63,621 bases of DNA from Promethearchaeota archaeon (lineage in GTDB: Archaea; Asgardarchaeota; Hermodarchaeia; Hermodarchaeales; Hermodarchaeaceae): positions 1 through 63,621 of the forward strand of contig JBHLPR010000009.1 in the NCBI GenBank assembly GCA_048939245.1. The letters are read 5' to 3'. This document shows positions 29,290 to 38,250 of this stretch, piece after piece. The notes under the pieces were generated by a model, which saw only the letters and a list, made by a program, of their open reading frames with translations, was not told the origin of the DNA and made no database searches. Each line of letters begins with the position of its first letter. Position 1 is the first letter of the stretch. Both the position numbers and the translations under genes were made by a program.

Positions 29290-29419
29290 GATCCTTCTCC
29301 ACTAGCGTGTTCCAAGTTAATGTTTAATAAGATTATGAAGTTGGCATCTGTCTGAGGTAACGTGTTGCCGTTTGGTGAGTTAAGAAGTTTTATATTTTGA
29401 CCTGCCTAACTTTTTCAGC

Positions 29420-29435
29420 TTTAGGCGTGCCTAAA
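29420..29435. promoter_or_regulatory. DtxR/SirR-type operator upstream of the FTR1 permease
   Basis: Inverted repeat TTTAGGC-GT-GCCTAAA; a partial box (CCTGCCTAA) at 29401. Confidence 0.7.
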
Positions 29436-29470
29436 AAATAGTACAGCTAGCGCGGAAGGAGGCAGAAAGT

Positions 29471-30322
29471 ATGATTGTTGGGTTTGTTATTGCTCTTCGT
29501 GAAGGGCTTGAAGCCGCTTTAATTGTGGGCATAGTTCTAGCGTTTCTTGCTAAAACCGGTGGTACTCATCGTTATTGGCAAGTGTTTGTAGGAGTAGGAG
29601 CTGCAATTATTGTTAGCATTGCATTTGCCTTTGGATTTCAGTGGGTTGCAGGAGGATTTAGCGGACCTAGTGCTGAAATCTTTGAAGGAGTTACTACGTT
29701 GATTGCGGCAGGTTTGCTAATTTCGATGATAGTGTGGATGGAGCAAAAAGGCCCCAGCCTTCAAATGGAACTCGAACAGAAAACTGCGGCAACGATGACC
29801 GCGACGCTAGGAATTTTCTTCATTGTCTTTATTGCGGTACTTCGCGAAGGAGTTGAAACAGTCCTATTTTTAACGGTTCTCCCCATTAGTGAAGGCACGA
29901 TCTGGGTTGGGGCCCTGTTGGGCTTTGCCGTCGCGATAGGAATTGCCTACCTTTATTTCGTAGGTACAAAACGGTTCAGTCTCCGAACGTTCTTTCGGAT
30001 TACCAGTCTATTTCTCATCCTTTTTGCCGCGGGGATGATTGCTTATGGCATCCATGAATTACAGGAAGCCGGAGTCTTTCCAGTTCTCATTGAACACGTG
30101 TGGGATATCAACTTCTTGTTATCCGAGAATAGTCCAATTGGAATGGTGTTGAAAGGATTGGTGGGGTATAATGGCAACCCTTCACTTCTTGAGATAACGG
30201 CATACTTGGTTGCACTAGCCGTACTGCTAGCATATTTCGTACGACAGTATTACTCCCAATCACCAACACATCAACTCGTACATAAAGAAGCGATTTTGAA
30301 CTCAAAGTCTAATAATGAATAG
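29471..30322 (+). CDS. FTR1/EfeU family iron permease
   Basis: Two REGxE motifs (LREGLEA, LREGVET). Confidence 0.93.
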   Translation: MIVGFVIALREGLEAALIVGIVLAFLAKTGGTHRYWQVFVGVGAAIIVSIAFAFGFQWVAGGFSGPSAEIFEGVTTLIAAGLLISMIVWMEQKGPSLQMELEQKTAATMTATLGIFFIVFIAVLREGVETVLFLTVLPISEGTIWVGALLGFAVAIGIAYLYFVGTKRFSLRTFFRITSLFLILFAAGMIAYGIHELQEAGVFPVLIEHVWDINFLLSENSPIGMVLKGLVGYNGNPSLLEITAYLVALAVLLAYFVRQYYSQSPTHQLVHKEAILNSKSNNE

Positions 30323-30337
30323 ATTTAGATTATTCTG

Positions 30338-30436
30338 GAGCAGCCGATTTTTAAAAGCATTATAAGAATATTTGAATTACTTTCTAAAACCCATGAGCAG
30401 TTCTAATAAGAGATGTCCAAGATTTGGTTCACTTCA
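30338..30436 (+). repeat. Polar intergenic repeat copy 15 (degenerate)
   Basis: GAGCAGCCGATTTTT (cf. copy 1), ATTAT, decayed core TCTAAAAC, GATGT..GATTTGGTTCAC. Confidence 0.6.
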
Positions 30437-30524
30437 AAGTATTAGCTTTGATAATATCTTTCTTTAAGCTGCTAAATGCTAGTTAATTGCTCTTGAATCT
30501 GTGAATATTGGTTATAATTTTAAC

Positions 30525-31208
30525 TTATTTTTTCTGTCTGAGCCGTTTCTTAACTTTTTCACTCTTAAGTTCTCTTAAGGCATTTGTGGCAATCCAGCGG
30601 CTAGCTCGTGAATTCATCCTCCCAATTTGTTCAGCTAGCTGAATCGCCCTTCTATTTAACGCCAAGTTTCGTTTTCCAATGTTCCTTAGAGCCCAATTGA
30701 TAGCCTTCTTTACAAAGTTTCTTTCATCGTAGGATTCACGCTTGATGACTTCAAAGAACGGCTCAAAATCCACGTCTTTGGCTTTTTTATCATGAACTGC
30801 TAGTCCAGCTATTATGGTGAACGCGGCCCTTTTGACAAATTCCTCTTCCCGCTTGCTCCATTCATGCACTTTTTTGCGAGCAAATTCTGTTCTGTCAAAC
30901 AAGTTGGTGCATACCTGATCGCAGATGTCCCATGAGTTGAAATCAAGAACCCATTCTTCCATCTGCTCCTCTGTGACCAGCTCCGGGTCATCAATATATC
31001 CAGCAAGTATCCGTGCCTCATGAATTCCGGAGCCCCAAAGTTTCAGAGCCAACTTGTGGTTTCTGCCAATCTCCTTTGCGATCGGCATTAGATTGTAGAT
31101 TGATATGCCAAGGGCTCTCTCAATATTGATGCCAAAGCGGGCCATGCCTTGCCTGTTCTCCTCGTTCCGCATGGACTTGAGCTTTTGAAGTATTTCTTCG
31201 TATATCAT
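30525..31208 (-). CDS. DNA alkylation repair protein (AlkD-like)
   Basis: SWDICD, EEFVKRA, NFVKKAINWALRNIGK. Confidence 0.9.
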   Translation of the reverse strand: MIYEEILQKLKSMRNEENRQGMARFGINIERALGISIYNLMPIAKEIGRNHKLALKLWGSGIHEARILAGYIDDPELVTEEQMEEWVLDFNSWDICDQVCTNLFDRTEFARKKVHEWSKREEEFVKRAAFTIIAGLAVHDKKAKDVDFEPFFEVIKRESYDERNFVKKAINWALRNIGKRNLALNRRAIQLAEQIGRMNSRASRWIATNALRELKSEKVKKRLRQKK

Positions 31209-31347
31209 ATTACCAGCTTCTGATCAAAGTCAGCTACAACAAGTTTTCGTGTCTTGTTTGATAATCTTGAGCCCATCTGATTCCTAAAATTTCTGATATA
31301 TGATTCTACGGAGAACTTGCTCTTTTATTAGCTGATTTGTAAGGTTT

Positions 31348-31448
31348 TAGTAAGCTGTTTTCTTTTCAATATCTGCCCTCCTATTCGATTTCGAAGACGA
31401 ATATACAATTCTTGCATATGTCATGGAGATGATTTGTTTCACATCATT
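31348..31448 (+). repeat. Polar intergenic repeat copy 16
   Basis: TAAGCTGTTTTC, TCGAAGAC 31391, GATGATTTGTTTCACATCATT. Confidence 0.88.
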
Positions 31449-31534
31449 CACTTTCCACATAATTTCTTTTTAAAAAAGTAACAAATAAAAGCCTTGCAAG
31501 GAAAGTGCTACAATGAATTGGAGGGAGTTCCTTT

Positions 31535-33403
31535 ATGCGTCATCTTCGCTCTGGGATTCTACTTGTTGTGATTATTAGCCTCGTCGGAATTCGAGTAGAT
31601 TATGGAAATTATCTTATTTCAACAGCCACGCCTTTAGAATTTACACGAGGCCCTACGGTCAATCTCCTTAATTCAAGTAGTGTCACCCTTGTTTGGGATA
31701 CAGCCACCCCCACTCAGACCCAAGTTAGATATTCTACAGATCCTACTTTTAGCTCTTATACTGAAACCACTCTTAATTCTACGCTGGTCACGCATCATCG
31801 CGTTGTGGTCAGTTCGGGGCTTCTTCCGAATACGCGGTACTATTATCGTGTTGGTGATGGAACCGAGTGGAGTGCCATCTGTGAATTTACGACTGCCCCT
31901 ACTGGTGATGAACCCTTCACTTTCCTTATCTATGGTGACCACCGTCCTGTTAATGGAATAGACCCCCCAGAGGAATTAGGTCAACTTATCGATGTGATGA
32001 TTACTCATCATCCCCAGTTCGTAATTTCTGGGGGGGATCACATTTTTGGTACTGATGCTGCAGCGTGGCCAAAATATGCGGCTGAAACTGATCGTATCCA
32101 TTGTAACGCTTCGTATTGGGTGGTAATGGGGAATCATGACCAGCCAGAAACCAACAATATGGCAAAATGGTTTGAATGGCCAAACGAGGAAAGAGGTGCC
32201 TACTATTCTTTTGATTATGGAAACGCACACTTCGTAATTGTTAATCCCTACGAAATCGATCTTGACCATATTGTTATTGATCCTCAGATAATATGGCTAA
32301 AGAACGATTTAGCCGCTACGACAGCCAAACACCGCTTTGTCATTTGTCATTTACCCTTTTTCCCTACAGGTCCTCACATCGGCAACTGTGTGGACTACAA
32401 CGTTACCTTTCGTGATGAACTGTGGCAGCTCTTTGAAGAGTGTAATGTCGAGGCTGTCTTTGTATCACACGAACACTTCTATTATCGGTTACAGGTTGGA
32501 ACCATTCCTCAAATTACCACAGGGGGAGGTGGCGCGCCCTTATACAATGCCCGGCTCTTTAACACTTTTGCCACCGAAGTGTTTGAAAAAGCATGTCATT
32601 TTATTCGAGTTGACGTGAATGGAGACGAGGTCGTCTATACAGTAATTGACATATCCAACACAACAATCGATACCTTCACCACAACGTCTTCGCTCAGCCC
32701 TCGCCCTAAAGTTTCCGCAATCACTCATGAATTGTCTCACCCCCTTACTGTATCAATAACTGCTACTGTTACCCCAGGCGCACCAATCGCTTCAGTCACT
32801 TGCAAATATCGTCTCAGCACAGAGAATACCTATACGTCAGCCAGTATGGGCTTAGTGGATGGTGACCAATATGCTGTTGACATGGGTCCATTGGCTGATC
32901 AACAGCGCTACTACTACTACATCGAAGTTAATGATACCGCAGAGGCAGTGTATCAGTCATTCCTCTACTCCTTTGCCTTCGATGAGACCCCTCCGACTGT
33001 TTCTTTTCTATGCCCCGACGCTGGAGCAATACTGAATGGGACCTATAATGTTACGGTGCATGGAGAGGACGCTTTTGGCATCAGTCACATAGAAATCTAT
33101 CTCAATGATTCTCTGGTATTCAATACGTCGACTGTTGATGCAAATTGGGTTTGGAATACAACGACTGTACCAGATGGAAACTATACACTAAAAGCAATCG
33201 CATATGACATGGTAGGCAACACAGCAGAAACCTCGATTCTAGTAACTGTTAAAAATGAGTTGCAACCGCGTGATACATCACCATGGATTATCTTTGTTGC
33301 TATTGGAGTTGTCATAAGTGTCGTGATGATTGTACTAGTAATTGTTATACAAAGGCGAAAGAAACCACATAGTCTTAATACGCATAGCAGCGTTGGACAA
33401 TGA
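31535..33403 (+). CDS. Membrane-anchored purple-acid-phosphatase-like metallophosphoesterase with FN3/Ig-like domains
   Basis: GD, GD, GNHD, H and SHEH motifs; signal peptide; C-terminal TM plus basic tail. Confidence 0.88.
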   Translation: MRHLRSGILLVVIISLVGIRVDYGNYLISTATPLEFTRGPTVNLLNSSSVTLVWDTATPTQTQVRYSTDPTFSSYTETTLNSTLVTHHRVVVSSGLLPNTRYYYRVGDGTEWSAICEFTTAPTGDEPFTFLIYGDHRPVNGIDPPEELGQLIDVMITHHPQFVISGGDHIFGTDAAAWPKYAAETDRIHCNASYWVVMGNHDQPETNNMAKWFEWPNEERGAYYSFDYGNAHFVIVNPYEIDLDHIVIDPQIIWLKNDLAATTAKHRFVICHLPFFPTGPHIGNCVDYNVTFRDELWQLFEECNVEAVFVSHEHFYYRLQVGTIPQITTGGGGAPLYNARLFNTFATEVFEKACHFIRVDVNGDEVVYTVIDISNTTIDTFTTTSSLSPRPKVSAITHELSHPLTVSITATVTPGAPIASVTCKYRLSTENTYTSASMGLVDGDQYAVDMGPLADQQRYYYYIEVNDTAEAVYQSFLYSFAFDETPPTVSFLCPDAGAILNGTYNVTVHGEDAFGISHIEIYLNDSLVFNTSTVDANWVWNTTTVPDGNYTLKAIAYDMVGNTAETSILVTVKNELQPRDTSPWIIFVAIGVVISVVMIVLVIVIQRRKKPHSLNTHSSVGQ

Positions 33404-33421
33404 CAGCTCTGTTATACATTT

Positions 33422-33438
33422 ATGATTTGTTTCACATA
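33422..33438 (+). repeat. Polar repeat fragment (spacer plus right arm only)
   Basis: ATGATTTGTTTCACATA. Confidence 0.65.
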
Positions 33439-33517
33439 ATTAGGTCTATACCTTAGATAATGACTAGGCATGAATTCGCCAAATTAGGGTTAAATTTGTA
33501 GAATCTTTGAATTGTTG

Positions 33518-33964
33518 CTAGATCACATAAAAGTAGACAAAGAATGCTAAACCGAAAAGGAATGCTAAGAACCAGATTGTGATTTGAATTCGCATATGGG
33601 TACGCGTTCCACAGACTAGGGGTTTTTTGCTCGTAGCAAAGTATAGAAATCGAATCGTAAAGATGAGACCAATGATTAGCGCTATGGAGCCAAAGAATAC
33701 ATGAACTAGTGTTACTAGTGAGCCCATGCTTGTGGGAAATAGTATAAGGATAGATAAGTTGGTGGCTAATGATGGCCCCATAATGAGGAGCACCGTAACC
33801 AGCATCGACAGTGTGGCTATGCCCATGATGGTACCATGATACTTCAAAGTTCGCTTTTGAAAAACACCGATGGTCAAGAGAAATATGAGAACGATTTGGA
33901 TTATTAGATTTATATCAAAAATTAATTGTGCTGTTGAACCAAAGAGCACCATTTGAATCACCAA
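33518..33964 (-). CDS. Four-TM protein (DUF420-like)
   Basis: Four helices with intramembrane His residues (HG.IM, H..FG, H). Confidence 0.7.
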   Translation of the reverse strand: MVIQMVLFGSTAQLIFDINLIIQIVLIFLLTIGVFQKRTLKYHGTIMGIATLSMLVTVLLIMGPSLATNLSILILFPTSMGSLVTLVHVFFGSIALIIGLIFTIRFLYFATSKKPLVCGTRTHMRIQITIWFLAFLFGLAFFVYFYVI

Positions 33965-34002
33965 GAGTTCTTAGGTTCGCATAGCAGTTAAAGCTATGTT
34001 TT

Positions 34003-35355
34003 TCATCTTATCAGCTTTAGAGCGTAACTTGAGAAGCGCTCTGCTACTTTGGCAGTTGCTTTTCCTAGAGCGCTATTTTTCCGAAGGCGATGTTGAACTA
34101 AACCAGCATACATGGCGAGACGTAGTTTGTTCTCCGAAAACGCGCCTTTAAAAAGAAGGTCATGGCGGTTCGCAGATCCGCGTTGTTTTCGCCAATCTGG
34201 TTCAGTTATGTGGTTTTGCACTCGAGAGTATAATCCGGTACCAAAAATCGGGTAAGGAAAGGAATACGACAGATAATCAAGAGGGAGTTTTGATGAGAAA
34301 TCGAGTGTATCGAGGAGGGTCTCGTTTGTTTCTCCAGGATAACCTAGAATGAAGAATCCGCCGGTTTCAATGCCTGCTTGTTGGGCATTTTCTACAGCAC
34401 GACGGGCTTGCTCGAGGGTTATTCGTTTTCCGATGATGTTTAGAATGCGTTGATTGCCTGATTCAATACCAAAGAAGATACGACGACATCCTGCTTTGCG
34501 CATCTGTGTTGCTAGTGTTTTAGAGAGATGATCAGCGCGACTCAGACACATCCACTCAATATTCTGTTTATTGCGAATCAGGATATCGCAGATTTCGACA
34601 ACACGGTGTGGGTTTTGTGTAAAACAATCATCAGTGAAGAAAACACGGTCATACCCCAAATTGCGAATCTGGACCATTTCTTCAACCACATTTTTTGCAG
34701 AACGTTCTCGATAACTTTGGCCAAAAACAGGGTTACTGCAAAAATCACACAGGTACGGGCATCCCCGAGTGGAAATCATACTAGACGCAGTATAATGATG
34801 GAATGTGCGCCAATACCATTGATACTGAGAATTGGGAAACAAATCGCGAGCAGGAAGAGGAATCGAATCGAGCGGTTTGATAAATCGCCGCCGAGGATTG
34901 ACTTTAATTCGACCACCATTTCCTTTATAAGCAATTCCACTCGTACGCGCCCAAGAAGTATGTTGGAAATGACGCCGAACTAATTCCAAGACGGTTTCTT
35001 CTCCTTCTCCTAATACTACAACATCAAAGATATCCAGGAATTCTTCTGGTACTAGCGAGGGGAGAGGACCACCAGCTACTAAAAGTTCGACGCTGGATTG
35101 GAATTTTCGGGCAATCATAATTGCATGGTGGTTGATAGTGACCATCGAGTAAATTCCCAGAATTCGGGGTTTAAGTTGTTCAATTCGCCGTAATGCGATG
35201 TCAAATTGTAGGAAAGTACAATCGACAAGATCAACGGAAAAACCAGCGGTGCGAAGAATTGAAGCGAGATAGCCGAGACCTAAGGGAGGATACCGGAAAA
35301 TCGAGCGGTCTAATTCTTCGTTGAAATAAGGATAGACGAGCACAACGTCAGTCAC
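34003..35355 (-). CDS. B12-binding radical SAM protein (likely GTG start 35355; ORF track extends to 35454)
   Basis: PPLGLGYLA, GGP, LGEGE, STRGCPYLCDFC, GIESG. Confidence 0.9.
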   Translation of the reverse strand: MTDVVLVYPYFNEELDRSIFRYPPLGLGYLASILRTAGFSVDLVDCTFLQFDIALRRIEQLKPRILGIYSMVTINHHAIMIARKFQSSVELLVAGGPLPSLVPEEFLDIFDVVVLGEGEETVLELVRRHFQHTSWARTSGIAYKGNGGRIKVNPRRRFIKPLDSIPLPARDLFPNSQYQWYWRTFHHYTASSMISTRGCPYLCDFCSNPVFGQSYRERSAKNVVEEMVQIRNLGYDRVFFTDDCFTQNPHRVVEICDILIRNKQNIEWMCLSRADHLSKTLATQMRKAGCRRIFFGIESGNQRILNIIGKRITLEQARRAVENAQQAGIETGGFFILGYPGETNETLLDTLDFSSKLPLDYLSYSFPYPIFGTGLYSRVQNHITEPDWRKQRGSANRHDLLFKGAFSENKLRLAMYAGLVQHRLRKNSALGKATAKVAERFSSYALKLIR

Positions 35356-35357
35356 CG

Positions 35358-36203
35358 CTACTGACCCTCCATAATCCGCTGCAAGGTTCCAAATTGAACC
35401 TCGTATTTGCATATTCTCGTTGATTTGGGTAATTGCAGAATTATACCCGACCAAAAGATTTCAGGCTCTTCAAGGACTTCTCGTCCTCGATACGCCCGCC
35501 CTTCCGCTGGTATTTCGACGCGGAACCCAAAGTTGAGTCGGGGCGCATAAAAAGCAGCCCATGAACCCTTGATCTTAGCCCACGGTTCAATCTGTTTTTG
35601 GTCGAGATAGGTTCCGGACGCATCATAATATTGGGTAAAATGGTGTCCTCCAAGTTCGTTGGCGATGTAAATGGATTGAAGCGTATTTCGTACTATAGTA
35701 TCGAAACTTAATTTAATCACTAATTTTTGATCCTCCTTGGTGATGAAATACTGGGATTGACTCTCTCCCCGACTCTTCACGGGAATGAAAAATTGAGGCG
35801 CAAATTGCGTTCCACGTCTCGGGAAGTCCCATCGAGAAAACCAAGTGATGAATTTGAGGAATTGCCGACCTGTTTTCATCTTGTATATTTGATTATGTGC
35901 ACGAGGGAGTATCCATGAAAACGCCTTGACTGAATTACTAGAAGTGGGTTGCTTTCGTTCAATTAAATTAAAGCTAAATTTCTTTATCCAGTAGTTCTTC
36001 TTGGTTTCTTCTCCGTGTGAAACAGTTGAAGTGCCAGGAAAATAGAAATCACGGCGATATTGAAGAATTGGTGCCCCGAAACCAAGTCCTTCACCACATA
36101 AATCTAATCCGCCATCTTGAAGGGTAGGAATGAGCCCTTTTTGGATTGGAGCAGATTTTCCTTGACGGGGCTCTGGGCAATCAGATATATTGAATGAGAG
36201 CAA
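35358..36203 (-). CDS. Hypothetical protein coupled to the radical SAM gene
   Basis: 281-aa ORF ending 2 nt before the downstream start; GEGLGFGAP motif. Confidence 0.7.
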   Translation of the reverse strand: MLSFNISDCPEPRQGKSAPIQKGLIPTLQDGGLDLCGEGLGFGAPILQYRRDFYFPGTSTVSHGEETKKNYWIKKFSFNLIERKQPTSSNSVKAFSWILPRAHNQIYKMKTGRQFLKFITWFSRWDFPRRGTQFAPQFFIPVKSRGESQSQYFITKEDQKLVIKLSFDTIVRNTLQSIYIANELGGHHFTQYYDASGTYLDQKQIEPWAKIKGSWAAFYAPRLNFGFRVEIPAEGRAYRGREVLEEPEIFWSGIILQLPKSTRICKYEVQFGTLQRIMEGQ

Positions 36204-36313
36204 AAACGGGAACCTCCGCTATATGTGCTCTATTATTGGGATTTTGCGTTTTAATTGACTTTCTCTATTCTGAAAATGATTTTTGATATTTTCTCTGACG
36301 TTTAAAATTTCTC

Positions 36314-36346
36314 AACGATGTGAAAGATAGATTTGTTTCCCATCAT
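36314..36346 (+). repeat. Polar repeat fragment (hairpin part)
   Basis: AACGATGTGAAA-GATAGATTTG-TTTCCCATCAT. Confidence 0.8.
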
Positions 36347-36426
36347 ATGCTAGATAGATGAAAACGTTGACAAGAGTGATGAACAGGATAACGCACCACT
36401 CAAGAGAGTTTTTGACTAGCAAAGGA

Positions 36427-37362
36427 CTACCCTGTTTTGTAAAGGTCTGTACTCAAGTATTTTAGCCCTGAATCATTTAGCAATGTGACTACTGTGGCCT
36501 TCGGTCCTAATGCTTTCGCGATCCTAATGGCTGCTACCACATTAGCACCTGATGAAGTGCCCGCGAAGAGTCCTTCCTCTCGCGCTAAACGCTGAGCCAT
36601 TACTTTGGCTTCCTGTGTGGAAACTCGTATTATCTCGTCAATCAAACTGGAATTCCACAAAGGAGGTATAAACCCAATACCAATTCCATCGATACCATGA
36701 GCCCCTCTGCTCCCACCAGACAAAACAGGTGATTCTTTAGGCTCAACCGCCACTATTTTCACATTTGGATTTCGCTTCTTCAACACCATCGCGGTTCCCA
36801 TGAGAGATCCCGCTGTCCCAACGACTTGTACAAAGGCATCAACCGCTCCCTCTGTTTGCTCCCAAATTTCTTCACCGAGGGCAAAATATCCAGAAATCTG
36901 GTCTTGGTTATGCAGTTGATTTGTCCAGAATTTCTCTGGTGCTTCACTAATTTTACGCGCCTTTTCAATCATTGCGTCAATTAATTCCTTGGTTATCCCA
37001 TGCCCATGACTCGGAATAACTGTAACTTCAGCACCTAAAGCCTGCATGTGATCCAGTTTATCGCGACTAAAGGCATCCGAAGAGACTATCTGAAGTCGAT
37101 ACCCTTTCGCTGCACAAATAAATGCCAGCGATGTGCCTGTACTCCCCCCCGTATATTCAACTACGGTTCCACCCGGTTCCAACCGACCATCTTGTTCGGC
37201 TTTATCAATCATTGCTTGTGCCATACGATCTTTCATGCTCCCTGTAGGGTTTTCCCACTCCAACTTCACAAGCACACGACCATGCTTCTGCGGAACCACT
37301 TGCTGCAACTGCACCAATGAAGTATTCCCAATGGCAGCTAGAATATTTCCTCCTATCTTCAC
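36427..37362 (-). CDS. PLP-dependent cysteine synthase family protein
   Basis: NPTGSMKDR (PLP Lys), GTAG, AREEGLFAGTSSGAN, DSGLKYLST. Confidence 0.9.
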   Translation of the reverse strand: MKIGGNILAAIGNTSLVQLQQVVPQKHGRVLVKLEWENPTGSMKDRMAQAMIDKAEQDGRLEPGGTVVEYTGGSTGTSLAFICAAKGYRLQIVSSDAFSRDKLDHMQALGAEVTVIPSHGHGITKELIDAMIEKARKISEAPEKFWTNQLHNQDQISGYFALGEEIWEQTEGAVDAFVQVVGTAGSLMGTAMVLKKRNPNVKIVAVEPKESPVLSGGSRGAHGIDGIGIGFIPPLWNSSLIDEIIRVSTQEAKVMAQRLAREEGLFAGTSSGANVVAAIRIAKALGPKATVVTLLNDSGLKYLSTDLYKTG

Positions 37363-37554
37363 ACAACCAACCAGCCAACCCCCAAATAAGTTTCCAAAAC
37401 CTAAATACCTTATCCCAAATTTATGACCAAAAAGTTAAGCATAACTAACTCTAACGGTGTGCTTTAAAAAAGGATCATGAAATACCCCGACCTCCAGCTA
37501 AGTTTTTCTGAATGTTAAAACTCTGTAGATCAACTCTGATGTTTTATAAGGTTC

Positions 37555-37647
37555 GAGAAGATTGTTTTCATGTGTGTTATTCGCTTTTTTTTCCTTAGGT
37601 TCGAAGACATACCTGTCGTTTCTTCTCAATAAAGAATTGTTTCACAT
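37555..37647 (+). repeat. Polar intergenic repeat copy 19
   Basis: GAGAAGATTGTTTTC 37555, GTTATTCGC, TCGAAGACATACCTG 37601, TTGTTTCACAT. Confidence 0.88.
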
Positions 37648-37676
37648 ATAGAAAATCAAATTAGTTTTGTGTTTTT

Positions 37677-37711
37677 AAAAAAAGAAAGTAATGCCAAGAT
37701 GGCATTACTTT
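37677..37711 (-). terminator. Hairpin plus U-tract terminator
   Basis: AAAGTAATGCCA-AGA-TGGCATTACTTT with an adjacent A-run on the + strand. Confidence 0.75.
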
Positions 37712-37727
37712 TAGAAGAAGGAAGTTT

Positions 37728-38033
37728 TTAGGTTGTTTTGAACCCGTAAAGTGGTAAGGCTTCTTCAGGGGTCAGTACTACTTCAATGCGCAGCTTGTAT
37801 CCTTCGATTGAGATAAATTCCGCTTGAACCTGGTTAAGGTAGGCAAGACCTTCTTTGATTTTGGCATCTTCGATTTTAAAGAGCTGATAGCCTTTGATAT
37901 TATGTGCTGTGTTTACGACTAAGTATAACTGTTTAACAAACGTGGGTGTTTTAGGATACTCCCTTTTGATGTATGTCTTGGCCACCTCTGCAGCCTTGTG
38001 GGGCGGAAACTCGGTAAGTACCATGACATGCAT
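37728..38033 (-). CDS. Small hypothetical protein (101 aa), intact paralog of 13344-13646
   Basis: GGAGG SD; terminator; clear paralog in the window. Confidence 0.85.
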   Translation of the reverse strand: MHVMVLTEFPPHKAAEVAKTYIKREYPKTPTFVKQLYLVVNTAHNIKGYQLFKIEDAKIKEGLAYLNQVQAEFISIEGYKLRIEVVLTPEEALPLYGFKTT

Positions 38034-38153
38034 GTCGTTTTTACCTCCAATTTGTGCTTGAGAACCTACAGATTATTACCCATAGACTCCCCTAATTGGC
38101 TGCTAGCAGAGTAGATTCTATAAAAGGATATTTACTTTGTATTCGTTAAGTGT

Positions 38154-38250
38154 TGGTGCATTTATTTTCGAGGCGTTATTCGCTACTGTAAGGGATGTCG
38201 AAGCCACATATGTGATTCATTATAAATGACGGAAAAAATGGTTTGCTATT
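38154..38250 (+). repeat. Polar intergenic repeat copy 20
   Basis: GTTATTCGC, TCGAAGCCACATATGTG 38198, AATGACGGAAA. Confidence 0.75.
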
